A stretch of 64,000 nt of DNA from Octopus vulgaris (Eukaryota). The notes under the pieces are model-generated. The model saw only the letters and a program-made list of their open reading frames with translations, had not been told where the DNA came from and did no database searches. Shown here one piece after another: positions 28,858 through 41,402 of the stretch. Made by a program: the position numbers and the translations under genes. The stretch covers positions 19,034,001 to 19,098,000 of the forward strand of contig OX597828.1 of NCBI GenBank assembly GCA_951406725.2, given 5' to 3'. Position 1 is the first letter of the stretch, and each line of letters starts with the position of its first letter.

Positions 28858-29062
28858 TAAGGCGGCGAACTGGCAGAATCATTAGCACGCCGGGTGAAAT
28901 GCTTAGCGGTATTTCATCTGTCTTTACGTTCTGAGTTCAAATTCCACTGAGGTTGGCTTTGCCTTTCATCCATAAATTAAGTACCAGTTGTGTACCAGGG
29001 TCAATCTAATTGACTGGTGCCTTCTCCAAAGAATTTTGGGCCTTGTGCCTAGAGTAGAAGAG
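28858..29062 (+). mobile_element. SINE family B
   Basis: aaggcggcgaactggcagaa...gagttcaaattcc...gcctttcatcc. Further copies at ~1855-2070, 32435-32662, 34228-34430, 45528-45740, 48120-48340. Confidence 0.8.
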
Positions 29063-29759
29063 AGTATTGTATACTCGTCGTCTAGGTTTTGTAAACTTGT
29101 GTCTCTTTGTCAGATATCATCATAATCATCATCATCTTCATCATCATCACAACAAGTATTATCATCATCATCATCATTTTATGTTCTCACCTTCTTTTCT
29201 AAATGTGAATACCCATGTAGCTCTTCTACAAGAACCTATTTGAGCCTCCATACTCCATCCCGGGTCATTCTTGTCAGTAATTTAATCTCTCATCTCATTG
29301 CATAGAACACCTTTCCTACATCACTTCAGATTTCACAGTCTCGCGGACTGCATAACAAACTTCCTAGTGTCAGTGGCATGAGAAAAGTTCCCAGTATACA
29401 TTGTAAAATGGTTGGCATCAGGAAGGGCATCAAGCCATTGAGACCGTGCCAAAGCAGACAGCAGAGCCTCGCACAGTCCTCTGGCTTACCAGCTTCTGTC
29501 AAACTGTCCAACCAATGGTGATGGTGTTGTTGATGATGATGATGATGGCGGTGATGGTGGTGGTGGTGGTGGCGGTGGATTGGTTTGTTTACATTTCTGT
29601 AAAAAGCACTCAGTCCAGTCTATGGGGTGGTCGGTGTTAGGAAGAGCACCCAGCCGTAAAAACCCTACCAAAACCGACACAGCAGCCTGGTGTAGTCTTC
29701 TACGTGGCCAGATCCTGTCAAGCCGTCCAACCCATGCCAGCATGGAAGATGGATGTTAA

Positions 29760-29798
<39 letters not shown>

Positions 29799-31298
29799 TA
29801 ACCTAACAGTTCAGCAACAAAAAAAAAAAAAATTGAATAAGCACTAGACTTAAAAAAACAAATAATAATTCTGGGGTCAGTTTGATTAAATAAAACTGTT
29901 CACGGGTAGTGCAATGGTACTCCAGCATAGCCTCTCCCAAATGACTAAATTAACTGAATTTAAAAAAAAAAAAGAAAGAAAGAATAGTATATCTAGAACA
30001 GCATTATCTCGGCTGTCCTTCTTTAGAGTGTGATTTGAGGAAGATATGGCTGTTATTTTTAGCGGGTCAGTCACTTAGCGCAGGCATGAGCAATCATTTT
30101 TGAGCCACATGAAGACATGGCTCATTATCAGATGTGTCACACCACTAAAAATAATTTCTCATTAATGCCACTCAGAATGTCCCATGGGCCGCAGTGTGTC
30201 TCTGATTGACTGAGAGATTTCCCCTCTTTTGTTCATCTTTATATTGTTGTTGTTGATGTTATTGTAGTTTACCTTCAGGTTAGCCTTGATCTAGCAGACT
30301 TGTGATCAAAGACAATCCAGCCACGACCGGCCCCAGCCCACATTCTTCAACATGTCCTTTTTAAAATTCAAATGGACCAAATTGCACCCCCTTGGCTAAT
30401 TGTTCCTATCGGCCCTGGATAATTTTCCCTCATAGGACAACAAAGTAGCCCATGGATAATTTCTCTCCTGGGCCATTTCCCCAATTAAGAGACAATTAAG
30501 AAGAAACATAATTATGATGTTTCAAATAAATACTATTAAAACTAATTAGAGATTTATTTTCATGTTTTTATTCATTACCCAATGAAAAGAATTATCCAAT
30601 AATACAATTTATATTCTCCGTTCATCACTGTAATAATAATTATTGCTCTATTATTGTAAATTGTGGGCTATTCACAAACACAGTAATTAATAATTGCAAT
30701 AATTAATAATAATCGCATAATTAGTAATTTACAGTAATTATTTGTACCCTCACAGTTGTGATTTAACCAGGAAAAAATTGTCCGTGAGTGGCACCAGATG
30801 AGGTGCGGGGGTGCCGTTTTCTGAAAGGTAGAGTGTGGAAGTTATACTGATATTCCATTTTCAGATGGTAAAGTCCAATTTGCACTGCTATTTGACTGCT
30901 GCCTTTAGCATTTCAAGTTACCATTTAATGGCCTTCTTCTCTGTCTCATCATATTAACTCTTTACTTATCCAAAATGTTTTCTTAAGTTTGTCCTAAACG
31001 TCTTTGTTTGTTTTCAGACTTTTAGTTTGCCCCTTTTTACATTTGTGTGTGTGTGTGTTTGTGTGTCTGTGATTGTCCCCACAACATCGCTTGACAACCG
31101 ATGTTGGTGGTTTATGTCCCTGTATCTTAGTGGTTCGGCAAAAGCAATTGATAGAATAAGTGCTAGGCTTACAAAGAATAAGTGCTGGGGTCGATTTGTT
31201 CAACTAAAGCAGTGCACTAGCATGACTGCAGTCAAATGACTGAAACAATTAAATAAAATATATATATATATAAATCAAATCAAGGGGCAAAAGAATTC

Positions 31299-31339
<41 letters not shown>

Positions 31340-31374
31340 TCACGCACACATATATATGATGGCTTCTACTCAAT

Positions 31375-31610
31375 TTCTTATTCCTTTATTACCCACAAGG
31401 GGCTAAACACAGAGGGGACAAACAAGGACAGACAAAGGGATTAAGTCGATTACATTGACTCCAGTGCATAACTGGTACTTAATTTATCGACCCCGAAAAG
31501 ATGAAAGCAAAGTCGACCTCGGTGGAATTTGAACTCAGAACGTAACAGCAGACAAAATACCGCTAAGCATTTCGCCCAGCGTGCTAACGTTTCTGCCAGC
31601 TCGCCGCCTT
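31375..31610 (-). mobile_element. SINE family B
   Basis: Near-identical to 23595-23831. Confidence 0.85.
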
Positions 31611-32660
31611 CTACTCAGTTTCTGTCTACCGAATTCACTCTCAAGGCTTTGGACAGACTGGGAGCTACAGTAAAAGAAAACTTATCTAAGGTGCCATGCA
31701 GTGAGATTGAACACAGAACTATGTGGTTGGGAAGTAAAGTTCTTGCCCACACAGCCACACTTGCGACTTCTAATTATTTCAACGTCCTTGTGCAATCCTG
31801 AGATGGAATTTGTGTTGCTTACGCCTAAATCCAACACTACATCATCATCATCATCATCATTATCATCATCATCATTATCATCATCATCACTTATATCCCT
31901 GCCATCTACCATTTCTACCACTACCACCACCACCACTATATTCCCCCGCCCCCGTGCTAATTCCTCTTTGTTTATTGCCTAACATTTAAAGATTAAATCT
32001 AAATTAATTTTACTCACCCCTCACCTTAACCCCATTTTACTCCTTCCACCCTCACGTGCTTTTTTTATCTTTTATCTCTCTTCCTCTTCACCCAGACCCT
32101 ACTACCCTCTCTAACCCTCCTCTTCCACTCTAATTACACAGACTTTGTGGCATGTTTTTTTTTTTTCTTGCCACTATTTCGTGTATGTATTTATTACATC
32201 TCTGCTCCCTGGCCGACATAGAAGGCTCCAAGCTGCCATACATAACGGTTAAATTTCCTTTAAGTTACATCAACTCATTGTAAAAAAAATGATAATGGCT
32301 AAAGACATTGAAAATTCATTAAATAATGTATTATTACTCTTTACTCTTTTACTTGTTTCAGTCATTTGACTGTGGCCATGCTGGAGCACCACCTTAATAA
32401 TAGTAATAATAATAATAATAATAACAACAATAATAATGGTTTCTAATTTTGCCACAAGGGCAGCTATTTTAGGAGAGGGGATGAGTCGATTACATCAACC
32501 CCAGTATTCAACTGATACTTAATTTATCGACCCTCGAAAGGATGAAAGGCAAAGTCGACCTCGGCAGAATTTGAACTCAGAATGTAGCAATGGGTGAAAT
32601 ACCGCTATGCATTTTTCCCAGCATGCTAACGATTCTGCCAGAACGCCACCTTTCACCGCC

Positions 32661-32704
<44 letters not shown>

Positions 32705-33672
32705 TCTCTCTAATTTTGGCACAAAGCCTGAAATTTTATGATGAGGCATCCAGCTGTTTTCATTGACCCCAGTGCATGACTGGTACTTATTTTATCAACC
32801 CCCACAAAAATTGAAAGGCAAAGTGAGCATCAGCAGAATTTGAACTCAGAACGTAGAAGCAAAAGAAATGCTGCTGAGCATTTTGTCCAACATGCTAATG
32901 GTTCTGCCAGTTCAATAACTGTTCAGCATTATAAATTCCATACCAAGACTCTTAGTCGCCGAATTATTGTAATCCTAGTTTCCATTACACTCTGTAATAG
33001 TTTTGTCAATGACAATAACACCTTCAGGCTAAGACTGATCTCCTTTGATGCTATTGTCAGCAATTTTACTATCTATAACTCTGAAAAGTCCTTGTGGCAT
33101 AGTAACACCAAACGATAACCTTGTAGACTAGAACAAGAATCTATCAGCTTCAAATTCAGTGTTATCTCTTATTGTTATTGCGGAGCGGAATTTCTGACTG
33201 TACACTTGACTGTAGAATCTATTGTAGGAAATTCAATATAAGGAAGTTGATAGATATCAAGATAGAAGTAATGATTTATTAATTGGTGTCAGTTGATATC
33301 GAGGCAAAGTCTGTTACTGTTTCTTATCAAAGCTCATTCAAGCCCACCATGGAGTGACTGAAGGACCTACTCTTTTCTTGCCATATTTCTTCTGATATAC
33401 ACTGTCTTTATTTATATTACTCTTTACTCTTTTACTTGTTTTAGTCGTTTGACTGCGGCCATGCTGGAGTACCGCCTTTAGTCGAGCAAATCGACCTCAG
33501 GACTTATTCTTTATAAGCCTAGTACTTATTCTATCGGTCTCTTTCGACGAACCACTATTATTTACATTTGACAGATATTTGTCCTCATCTTGTTTGTTGT
33601 TGACACGTTTCAGGTGTCTTAGGGAAATTTCATACCTGGGTTCTCATTCAAAGGTATTTTTCGATGTTATTA

Positions 33673-33739
<67 letters not shown>

Positions 33740-35421
33740 TATTTAGGGTTAAACAAACCAGTGGTTGTCAAGTGGGGAGGGGACAAACACAAAGACACAC
33801 ACACATATTGTTGATGCCATGAGAATTTAGAAACTTTAAGAGAATGTGAAATAAATCAGTTCTACTGGTGAAGCATGAAGCAGTTAAAGCTATAAATAAT
33901 AGCCTGTAAATATTGGGTTTGAAAACCCTTTGAGAAGGAAAAAGTTGAGGGATGCTCCTATGATAGGGACCCACATATTCTATCATAATCCCTCCTAAGG
34001 TATTGGTTAGCTTGGGGCTATAGTATAAAACAAGTGCCATGCAGCAGGATTGAACCTAAAGTCACATGCTTGCAAAGTGAGCTTATTAACCACACAGCCA
34101 TGCCTGCACATTTCATCCTTGTATGGTCAATGCCAGTATCATATAACAAATACCAGTAATATATTGTGGTAGACTTAATAATATATTGTGGTAGACAAAT
34201 ATGTGTCTTATTATTATTTACTTAACCCAAGGCGGTGAGCTGGGAGAATTGTTAGCATCTCAGGCAAAATGCTTAGCAGTGTTTCATCTGTCCCTTGTGT
34301 TCTGAGTTCAAATTCCACTGAGGTCAACTTTGCCTTTCATCCTTTTGGGATCAATAAATTAAGTACCAATGAAACACTGGGGTCATTGTAATCAACTAGT
34401 TCCCTCCCACAAAATTTTAGGTCTTGCGCCTTTAGCAGAAATGGATTATTTACTTAATCTTTTAATTATGAAACTAAATTTCATGGTTATTCGAGTAATG
34501 ATGCTATATATCTGCCAAAAAATAGATTTGGTGTTTTCTGAGACATGTCACCTCATTAAACTTGACAGATCTCAACAAAAAATAGTTCCAAACATGACAT
34601 CCTTCTACAAAAGATAGATTGCTGTATAAAACTGCTTCCTGCAGTAAAGGGAATTTCAAATGGATATATCTGATTTCCACAATAAAAAAAAAAAAGGCTT
34701 AAGAAATTGTAATATTTATTCAGTTTTTCTTTCATAAATCAATTAACTCTTATGTTCTAATTTCTTTCTTTCTTAATATCATCATGCACATTCAGACACG
34801 GAACGACAGCTTGTTCAGCTCATTGTTTTTCCATGTCTAAACGTACATGAAGATGTTAGATATGATTATGCATAATTATATCTCATTGAATGTTCCTTAT
34901 TGTGCATCTAATTAATTTATTCCAGTTTGACAAAGCTTTTTGCATGTCAGCAAATGTACTGTCTGCTATTCTAATATAAGAGCAACCAGGTCTTAGCAGC
35001 CATAAATGACAGCTCAGTATAGATAGCTGCTGAAGCATAATAGCACAGAAATGTATATTTCCTGTGGTCCAATGATGTCATTGATTGGCCTAGTGGTGTG
35101 TTTTCACCCATATTGTCTAGAAAGAGAATTTCTTCTTTGGAGTCAACTTGTACACTGTTTTGTCTTTCGATGTTCAAAAGTGCAAGAAAAAAATTTGTTT
35201 AGGGGGTGCTCACCACGATCCAAATTTTTTTCATAAATAGGGTTGATTTTTTTCCAACCTTAATAACAAGACAAACACAAGTGTAATAATAATGATAATA
35301 ATAATAATGGTCAAGAAAGGTACTGTCAAATTTTTTGACCAGATTCCTGGGAAACCAACAGTGTATGGAGACCCAAAAAGTTGTACTGACATCAACCACC
35401 CACATTCTCGGGAAGTTTCTC

Positions 35422-35458
<37 letters not shown>

Positions 35459-35565
35459 TATATATATATGTCTTAGGGTTCTGGTTGAGACCCAGTCAGA
35501 AGATGAAATAAAATGCAAGTCAATCAGAAAATGATAATGATAATAATAATTATTATTATCATTAT

Positions 35566-36078
35566 TTCTTTTCCTTCTTTCTTCAAATTTTCTTCCATTT
35601 CTCGCCGAGTGTTTTCCGTACACCTAGGGCAGAGAAGCTCATTGTATGCATTCCCAGATTACACACACAAATTCACAGGTAAAATATGTATTTAAAAAAA
35701 AATTAATAAAAAATAAATTCATGAATGGATGTTGTTTTCACAGCGATAATGCTCTTCTCAGTACATGAATCGTTCCAGTTAACATGATTTTTTGCACTTC
35801 CTGTAGGGATGGTTAGCCTGGTATCATTTTCAAATAGGTTTCAGTACCTTTTTTTTATCATTCCTAGAGATCCTACAATCACTGGTACTGTAGTCACCTT
35901 GAGTTGCCACATTTTTTTCAATTTCTATTAGCAAGTCTTTATATTTACTGATCTTTTCAAATTCTGTTGCCGCTATATTGTGAGCGCAAGGAATATTCAT
36001 GTCAATTAATAAACACACCTTTTTTGTCTGATCTTTTATAATAATATCCAGTTTATTAGCTTTTATAGTTTTGTCAGT
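35566..36078 (-). mobile_element. 3' fragment of an RLE-type non-LTR retrotransposon (R4/Dong-like) inserted in (TAA)n
   Basis: TDKTIKANKLDIIIKDQTKKVCLLIDMNIPCAHNIAATEFEKISKYKDLLIEIEK, frameshift, then MWQLKVTTVPVIVGSLGMIKK...IPG*PSLQEVQKIMLTGTIHVLRRALSL* (stop 35738-35740). This matches the PD-(D/E)xK restriction-like endonuclease C-terminus. Both flanks are (TAA)n on the element strand. Confidence 0.82.
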
Positions 36079-36103
36079 ATTACTATTATTATTATTATTA
36101 TCA

Positions 36104-36197
<94 letters not shown>

Positions 36198-36424
36198 TAC
36201 ATCTGTCAAATCAACTAAATCCAATGATGGAAAAGTAATGTTTCAGATCTGTCCAGAAATATTTCTCCACTCATTCAATTTGGTGACAAAGTTTTTCAGA
36301 AGGATGTGTACAAGCATCCCCACCCCTTACTACCAGCAAAAGAAATTTTAGGGGACGGGATGTGCTCGCATTCAACCCAATGAACATGTTAAATATGACT
36401 CTACATAACTATTATTCCATTCAT

Positions 36425-36456
<32 letters not shown>

Positions 36457-36476
36457 ATTATTATTATTTTCTCTAG

Positions 36477-36638
36477 GTTTGACTACAAAATGTACCTGAA
36501 AAAGACAAGACTAAAATAAAGAATCGTTTGAAAATCTAATTTCTTTGAAATTAGATCAACTAAACAATGGCCCAGTCCTTCCCCATGAACAGGAAACATT
36601 TCAATTTACACATCCATTATCCGTCTAATGTTGGATAG
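36477..36638 (+). promoter_or_regulatory. 5'UTR part of the first coding exon, with a splice acceptor and three upstream ORFs
   Basis: Acceptor ttttctctAG|G at 36475-36476 after a (TAT)n tract. uORF1 36490-36519; in-frame uORF2 36567-36638; overlapping out-of-frame uORF3 36628-36714. Confidence 0.6.
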
Positions 36639-37673
36639 ATGCCATCAACTTATAAAATGCTCCATTTATGGACAGCAGTTTTCCTTCTTTGTTGGATCAA
36701 GGTTTCTTCCGTGACCTTGGTATCACAAAACTTTTCCAATCCACTCAATCACATGGTGATAAATACAAGAGATGGTTTCTTGTATATAGGAGCTATGAAC
36801 AGAATATATCAACTGGATTTAAGCTTGAATATGACTGAAGAAACCATAACAGGTCCAAAAAATGACAATCCTAAGTGTGCGTTACCTGTCCGAGAAACAC
36901 AGTGCGGAATGAAACTTTCATTGACTAACAATTACAATAAAGTACTTCTTTTAAATCAAGAAAACAAGTTGATATCATGTGGCAGTATATTTCAAGGCTC
37001 CTGCCATGTTAGAAACTTACAAAATATTTCCATTTCTACAGATATTAACCAACCTATGGCTGCAAACCAAAGAAATGCATCTACTGTTGCGTTCATCACT
37101 CATAAAAGTGGCATCTTATATCTCGCGACCAGTTACACTCGGAGTGATCTGCTGGAAGATATATCCATTTGGCGAGTGTTCCACAAAAAGAACTGGAAGA
37201 AACTTGCTTCTATCAGATACAGTGATAAATTTAGAAAAAATGTTGACCTGCAGTATATTACAGGCTTTAGTGATTCAGACTACAGCTATTTTCTAACAGT
37301 TCATTCTACAGATAATTTCAATGAATCAAAAATAATTCAATTCTGTGAAAACGATACAGATTTAAATTCATTTGTAGACGCTCCACTCCACTGCCATGGT
37401 AAGCATGGGAATTATAGCATTCTACGAGCAGCGTCTATTATTCATACAACCTATTCTAAATATCATTTCCAGAAAGGATTAAATAAGCAGAACATAACCC
37501 TTTTAATGGGGGTATTTAGTAGCGCTACATCAAGACATTCTGCTTTATGCCTTTTTGATATGGAAAGTGTCCGCCAGAAAATCTTGGAAAATATTCGTCA
37601 GTGTTTTGATGGTAATCGGCACCAAATGAATTACCCTTATTTTCAAGGAGACTACTGTGTCACAGCTATAAAA
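36639..37673 (+). CDS. First coding exon of a plexin-like (plexin-B/Met-type) Sema-domain receptor: signal peptide plus N-terminal ~320 aa of the Sema domain
   Basis: 345 codons of non-repetitive protein. Hydrophobic leader (MLHLWTAVFLLCWIKVSS). Plexin Sema motifs: LYIGAMNRIYQL, TGPKNDNPKC, TNNYNKVLLL, LISCGSIFQGSC, AANxxNASTVAFI, YITGFxxxxYSYFLTV, SKIIQFCEND...SFVDAPLHC, SALCLFDM...ENIRQCF. Eight N-x-S/T sequons. Phase-0 donor AAA|GTGAGT at 37673/37674. An in-frame stop upstream (36561-36563) supports this being the first coding exon. Subfamily not assignable by eye. Confidence 0.88.
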
Positions 37674-37834
37674 GTGAGTATAGTTTATTGAGTTTGTTTT
37701 GCAAATTCTTCATTTTTGGGGGCAAATTTTGTTGAAATTGTTTGTTACACATTGCAAGTTTCATGTTTGATATTCATCGTCAAGAAATCCATGTGTTACG
37801 TTGTGCAGTTGTAGTTGGTCGTTATGTCATTGCT

Positions 37835-38197
37835 GTCATCACCATCATCATCATTATCATAACCATCATCATCATCATCACCATCATCATCATAACCATC
37901 ATCATCATCACCATCATCATCGTCATCACCAGTATCATCACTACACCATCATCATGATCATCATCACCACTATATCACCATTATCATCACCCCTATAATC
38001 ATCATCATCATCTCCAGTATCATCACCACCATCACCACCACAATCAACATAATCATTATCACCATCATCAGCATCATCAACACCACCACTACAACCATCA
38101 TTACTATCATGATTATCATCAGCATCACCACTATTACCATCATCATCATCATCATCACTATCATCATCGCTGCCACTACCACCATCACCCTCACCAT
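37835..38197. repeat. (CAT/CAC)n compound trinucleotide tract at the start of the plexin intron
   Basis: Direct reading. Confidence 0.9.
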
Positions 38198-39456
38198 AGT
38201 ATGCCAGTAATATTTAATTTTCCCTACAAAGTGTGTCAGGAATTCTTTTTTATTCAGTCCCCAGTGTGCCACCAACCCAAAAAGATTGCGACTCACAGTT
38301 TACTGAGTTAATGATTTCTAGTAATTAATAATTTATTAGAACTTGATTGGTAAGTTTCAAATCACAGCTAGTTTTCCTTCATCAACATTTAACATCCATT
38401 GCTCACTTTCATTATTTTACCATAAATACACACACACATATAGAGAAAATAAGCAGGAAAAGGTGTGGTATTCAAAGCTTTATACGACATACACGTGTTT
38501 CAATAAACTGCTGAAGTAATTACATAATGTTTGTAGAGATATTAGGCAATCATGCACTGTACCTCATCATCCTGAGCTTTGTGCCCTGCATCATACTATA
38601 CTGGATACCAGAATGGATTGGAGAGTTTACAACTGACCCTGATTTGGGTTGCATGTTCTACATTACTGCACCCTATTTTCTTGATGTGTGTGTGTATATG
38701 TATGTATATATATGTATATTTTCTCTCCTTGTTTCTTTCTGTGGAAGAGCGTAGGCTCGAAACATTAAAGACTTTTTCAATTCGCGAGTGTTATACTAAT
38801 ACATCTGTTTGTTTTCTACACCACCTGTCTTCGTCTTTTGTTTTTTCGTGAATTCTCCCCCTATATATATATATATATGATGGCTTCTCTTTCAGTTTCC
38901 ATCTATCAAGTCCCCTCACAAGGCTTTGGTCAGCCCAAGGCTATTGTAGAAGACACTCGCCCATGGTGCCACACAGTGGGATTGAACCCAGAACCATGTG
39001 TTTGGGAAGCAAGCTACAACCATCACATGATGTCAAAACAAGAATCCTCATAAACACCCATTTGCATGCATATGCACACACAGCCACTCACACATATAGT
39101 TACAAGAGCATATTGAAAGTCATGTGGCCAAGCGGTTAGGATGTTGCACTCATTATCGTTAGATCGGGGGTTTGATTCCCACACCTGGCAGTGTATTGTG
39201 TTCTTGGGCAAAACACTTCACTTCATGTTGCTTTGTGGCTGGGAGAGTGTGAGAATCATTAGCACATTGGCAGAAATACTTTTTTATGATATATCTTTCG
39301 GTTCTCTACAATTCTGAGTTCAAACCTCACCTCTCCGGAAAAGGCAATGGGAAGCCACTCTGGTGTTCATGCAGAGTCCAGTCATTGTAACCAAAGTTCT
39401 AGTAATGTACTCAATAGCAGCAGGGAATGGTACAGGCCCTCCCAGGTTGTATAGAG

Positions 39457-39943
39457 CAGTGCTTCTCAAACTATCTGATGTGGTGTACCGATAGTTTTTT
39501 TTTTTCCAATATGCCAGGGACCGCTAATATTTATTAGTAATATTAATTTATACTGGAAACAATATATATAATGAATATAATAAATAAAATAAATGCACCC
39601 TTTTAAAGCCTAGCCAGGCTCATGGGCCCGGTTTCCTGGTTCAAATCCCACCTCTCCAGAAAAGGCAATGGGAAGAACACAATGCGTCACTCGGTCCAGG
39701 AATCGAAACCACAATCTTACGATCATGATGCTGACTCCCTAACCACTAAGCCACACGCCTCCACAAATGAATATAATAAAAGTTGATAATTTTTTTATCT
39801 TATATTTATTTTGTAAACAAATAATACAATATTACATAAGCATTTTATAATGTTTCTTTCTTTTCTGGAAACACGCCGTGCACTGGCAGCTGATGGCTCA
39901 CGGGCTGTCACTGGTCCATGGACCACGACTTTGAGTAGCACTG
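39457..39943. mobile_element. hAT (Charlie-like) MITE with a nested SINE
   Basis: TIRs CAGTGCTTCTCAAA / TTTGAGTAGCACTG. Perfect 8-bp TSD GTATAGAG at 39449-39456 and 39944-39951. Confidence 0.88.
39585..39765 (-). mobile_element. tRNA-derived SINE nested in the hAT MITE, internally deleted
   Basis: Minus-strand head tggcttagtggttaggg...gtttcgattcc (A and B boxes). 15-bp TSD aatgaatataataaa at 39570-39584 and 39766-39780. Confidence 0.75.
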
Positions 39944-40656
39944 GTATAGAGAATACTGGAGAACACCCACATGCACAGAACCTACCCAAGGACAGACAAC
40001 TACTTGCCTAGATGTACATACATAAATGTTGGGACTTTTTTCCAGTTTCTTTCTATCAAATCCAGTCACAAGGCTGTGGTCGGCCTGGGACTTATAATAG
40101 AAAACAGCCGTGCCCAAGATGCCATGCAATGAAATTGAACTCAAGTTTACATGATTGAAAAGCAAGCTTCTTTACCACATAGCCACAGCTGGAAATACTT
40201 TCTGATCATACCATAGGTTTACTTCAATCAGAGCTTACTCAGGGTCTAAACAGCAACTACAGCCCAACTCTCTTCAGACAAACAATCCATTATCCTTTCA
40301 AATATAGTTTTATATTTGTAGTTGCTGGAAATGTCATAAAGATTTTTATCAGTTATACTATTATTATTATATTTTTTTTTTTACTTTTTCTTTTCTGTTT
40401 TGATGTTTTTCTTTGGTTTTTCCTTTTCCTGAAATATAGATATAAATAATTACATATGAGGTTGATAGGAATCAGTATCCAAACCAATTAGTTGTAGTTT
40501 AATATCAAATTGCACTGATATTTCTCTATTACATATTAAACAGTATGCAAATGTGGCTGGTTCATGTCAAGCTGAGAGTGATATATATATATATATATAT
40601 ATATACATACATATATATAGATAGATAGATAGAAAGATATATACATACATGCATAA

Positions 40657-40709
<53 letters not shown>

Positions 40710-40726
40710 TGCAGGAGTGGCTGAGT

Positions 40727-41100
40727 GGTGAGTAGCTTGCTAGCCAACCACATGGTTCCAGGTTCAGTCCCACTGCGTGGCACCTTGGGCAAGTGTCTTC
40801 TGCTATAGCCCCGGGCCGACCAATGCCTTGTGAGTGGATTTGGTAGACGGAAACTGAAAGAAGCCAGTCGTATATATGTATATATATATATGTTTGTGTG
40901 TCTGTGTTTGTCCCCCTAGCATTGCTTGACAACTGATGCTGGTGTGTTTATGTCCCCATCACTTAGCGGTTCGGCAAAAGAGACCGATAGAATAAGTACT
41001 GGGCTTACAAAGAATAAGTCCCGGGGTCGATTTGCTCGACTAAAGGTGGTCCTCCAGCATGGCCGCAATTAAATGACTGAAACAAGTAAAAGAAAAAGAA
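40727..41100 (+). mobile_element. SINE family A, near full length
   Basis: ggagtggctgagtggtgag...ggttcagtccc (A/B boxes), ggcaccttgggcaagtg, tail gactgaaacaagtaaaaga. Confidence 0.88.
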
Positions 41101-41111
41101 ATATATATATA

Positions 41112-41402
41112 CTAGCAGTATCGCCCAGCGTTACTCGGGTTTGTTTCGACCCTTAAAATTGGAATTTTTGAAAAGTAAAAATTTTGCATTATGTAGCTTG
41201 TCATTCTCTTTAAGTGAACATTTTTCTGGTTGAAATACACCGAAAAATGGCGACACAGCAGTAAAAAAATAGTAAAAAAATAGGGATTTTCATAGAAAAA
41301 AAAGCACCTTTTTGATGTAAAAAATTTTTGGTGTTAACATGTCCGATTTGAATTTTTTCTTCTACAGAAGGAAGAGCAAGCCTTCTTCTATCATACTCTC
41401 AA
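41112..41402 (-). mobile_element. Helitron, 5'-truncated copy of the 62830 family
   Basis: Reverse complement closely matches ~62935-63224, including the hairpin and CTAG terminus. Confidence 0.82.

Noticed and set aside
36979-37296. Overlapping 105-aa alternative-frame ORF in the Sema exon
   Set aside because: Non-ATG start and no recognisable features; shadow ORF.
37674-37691. C-terminal VSIVY* of the 350-aa ORF as the true protein end
   Set aside because: Begins exactly at a consensus GTGAGT donor and the Sema domain is incomplete, so it is treated as intron.
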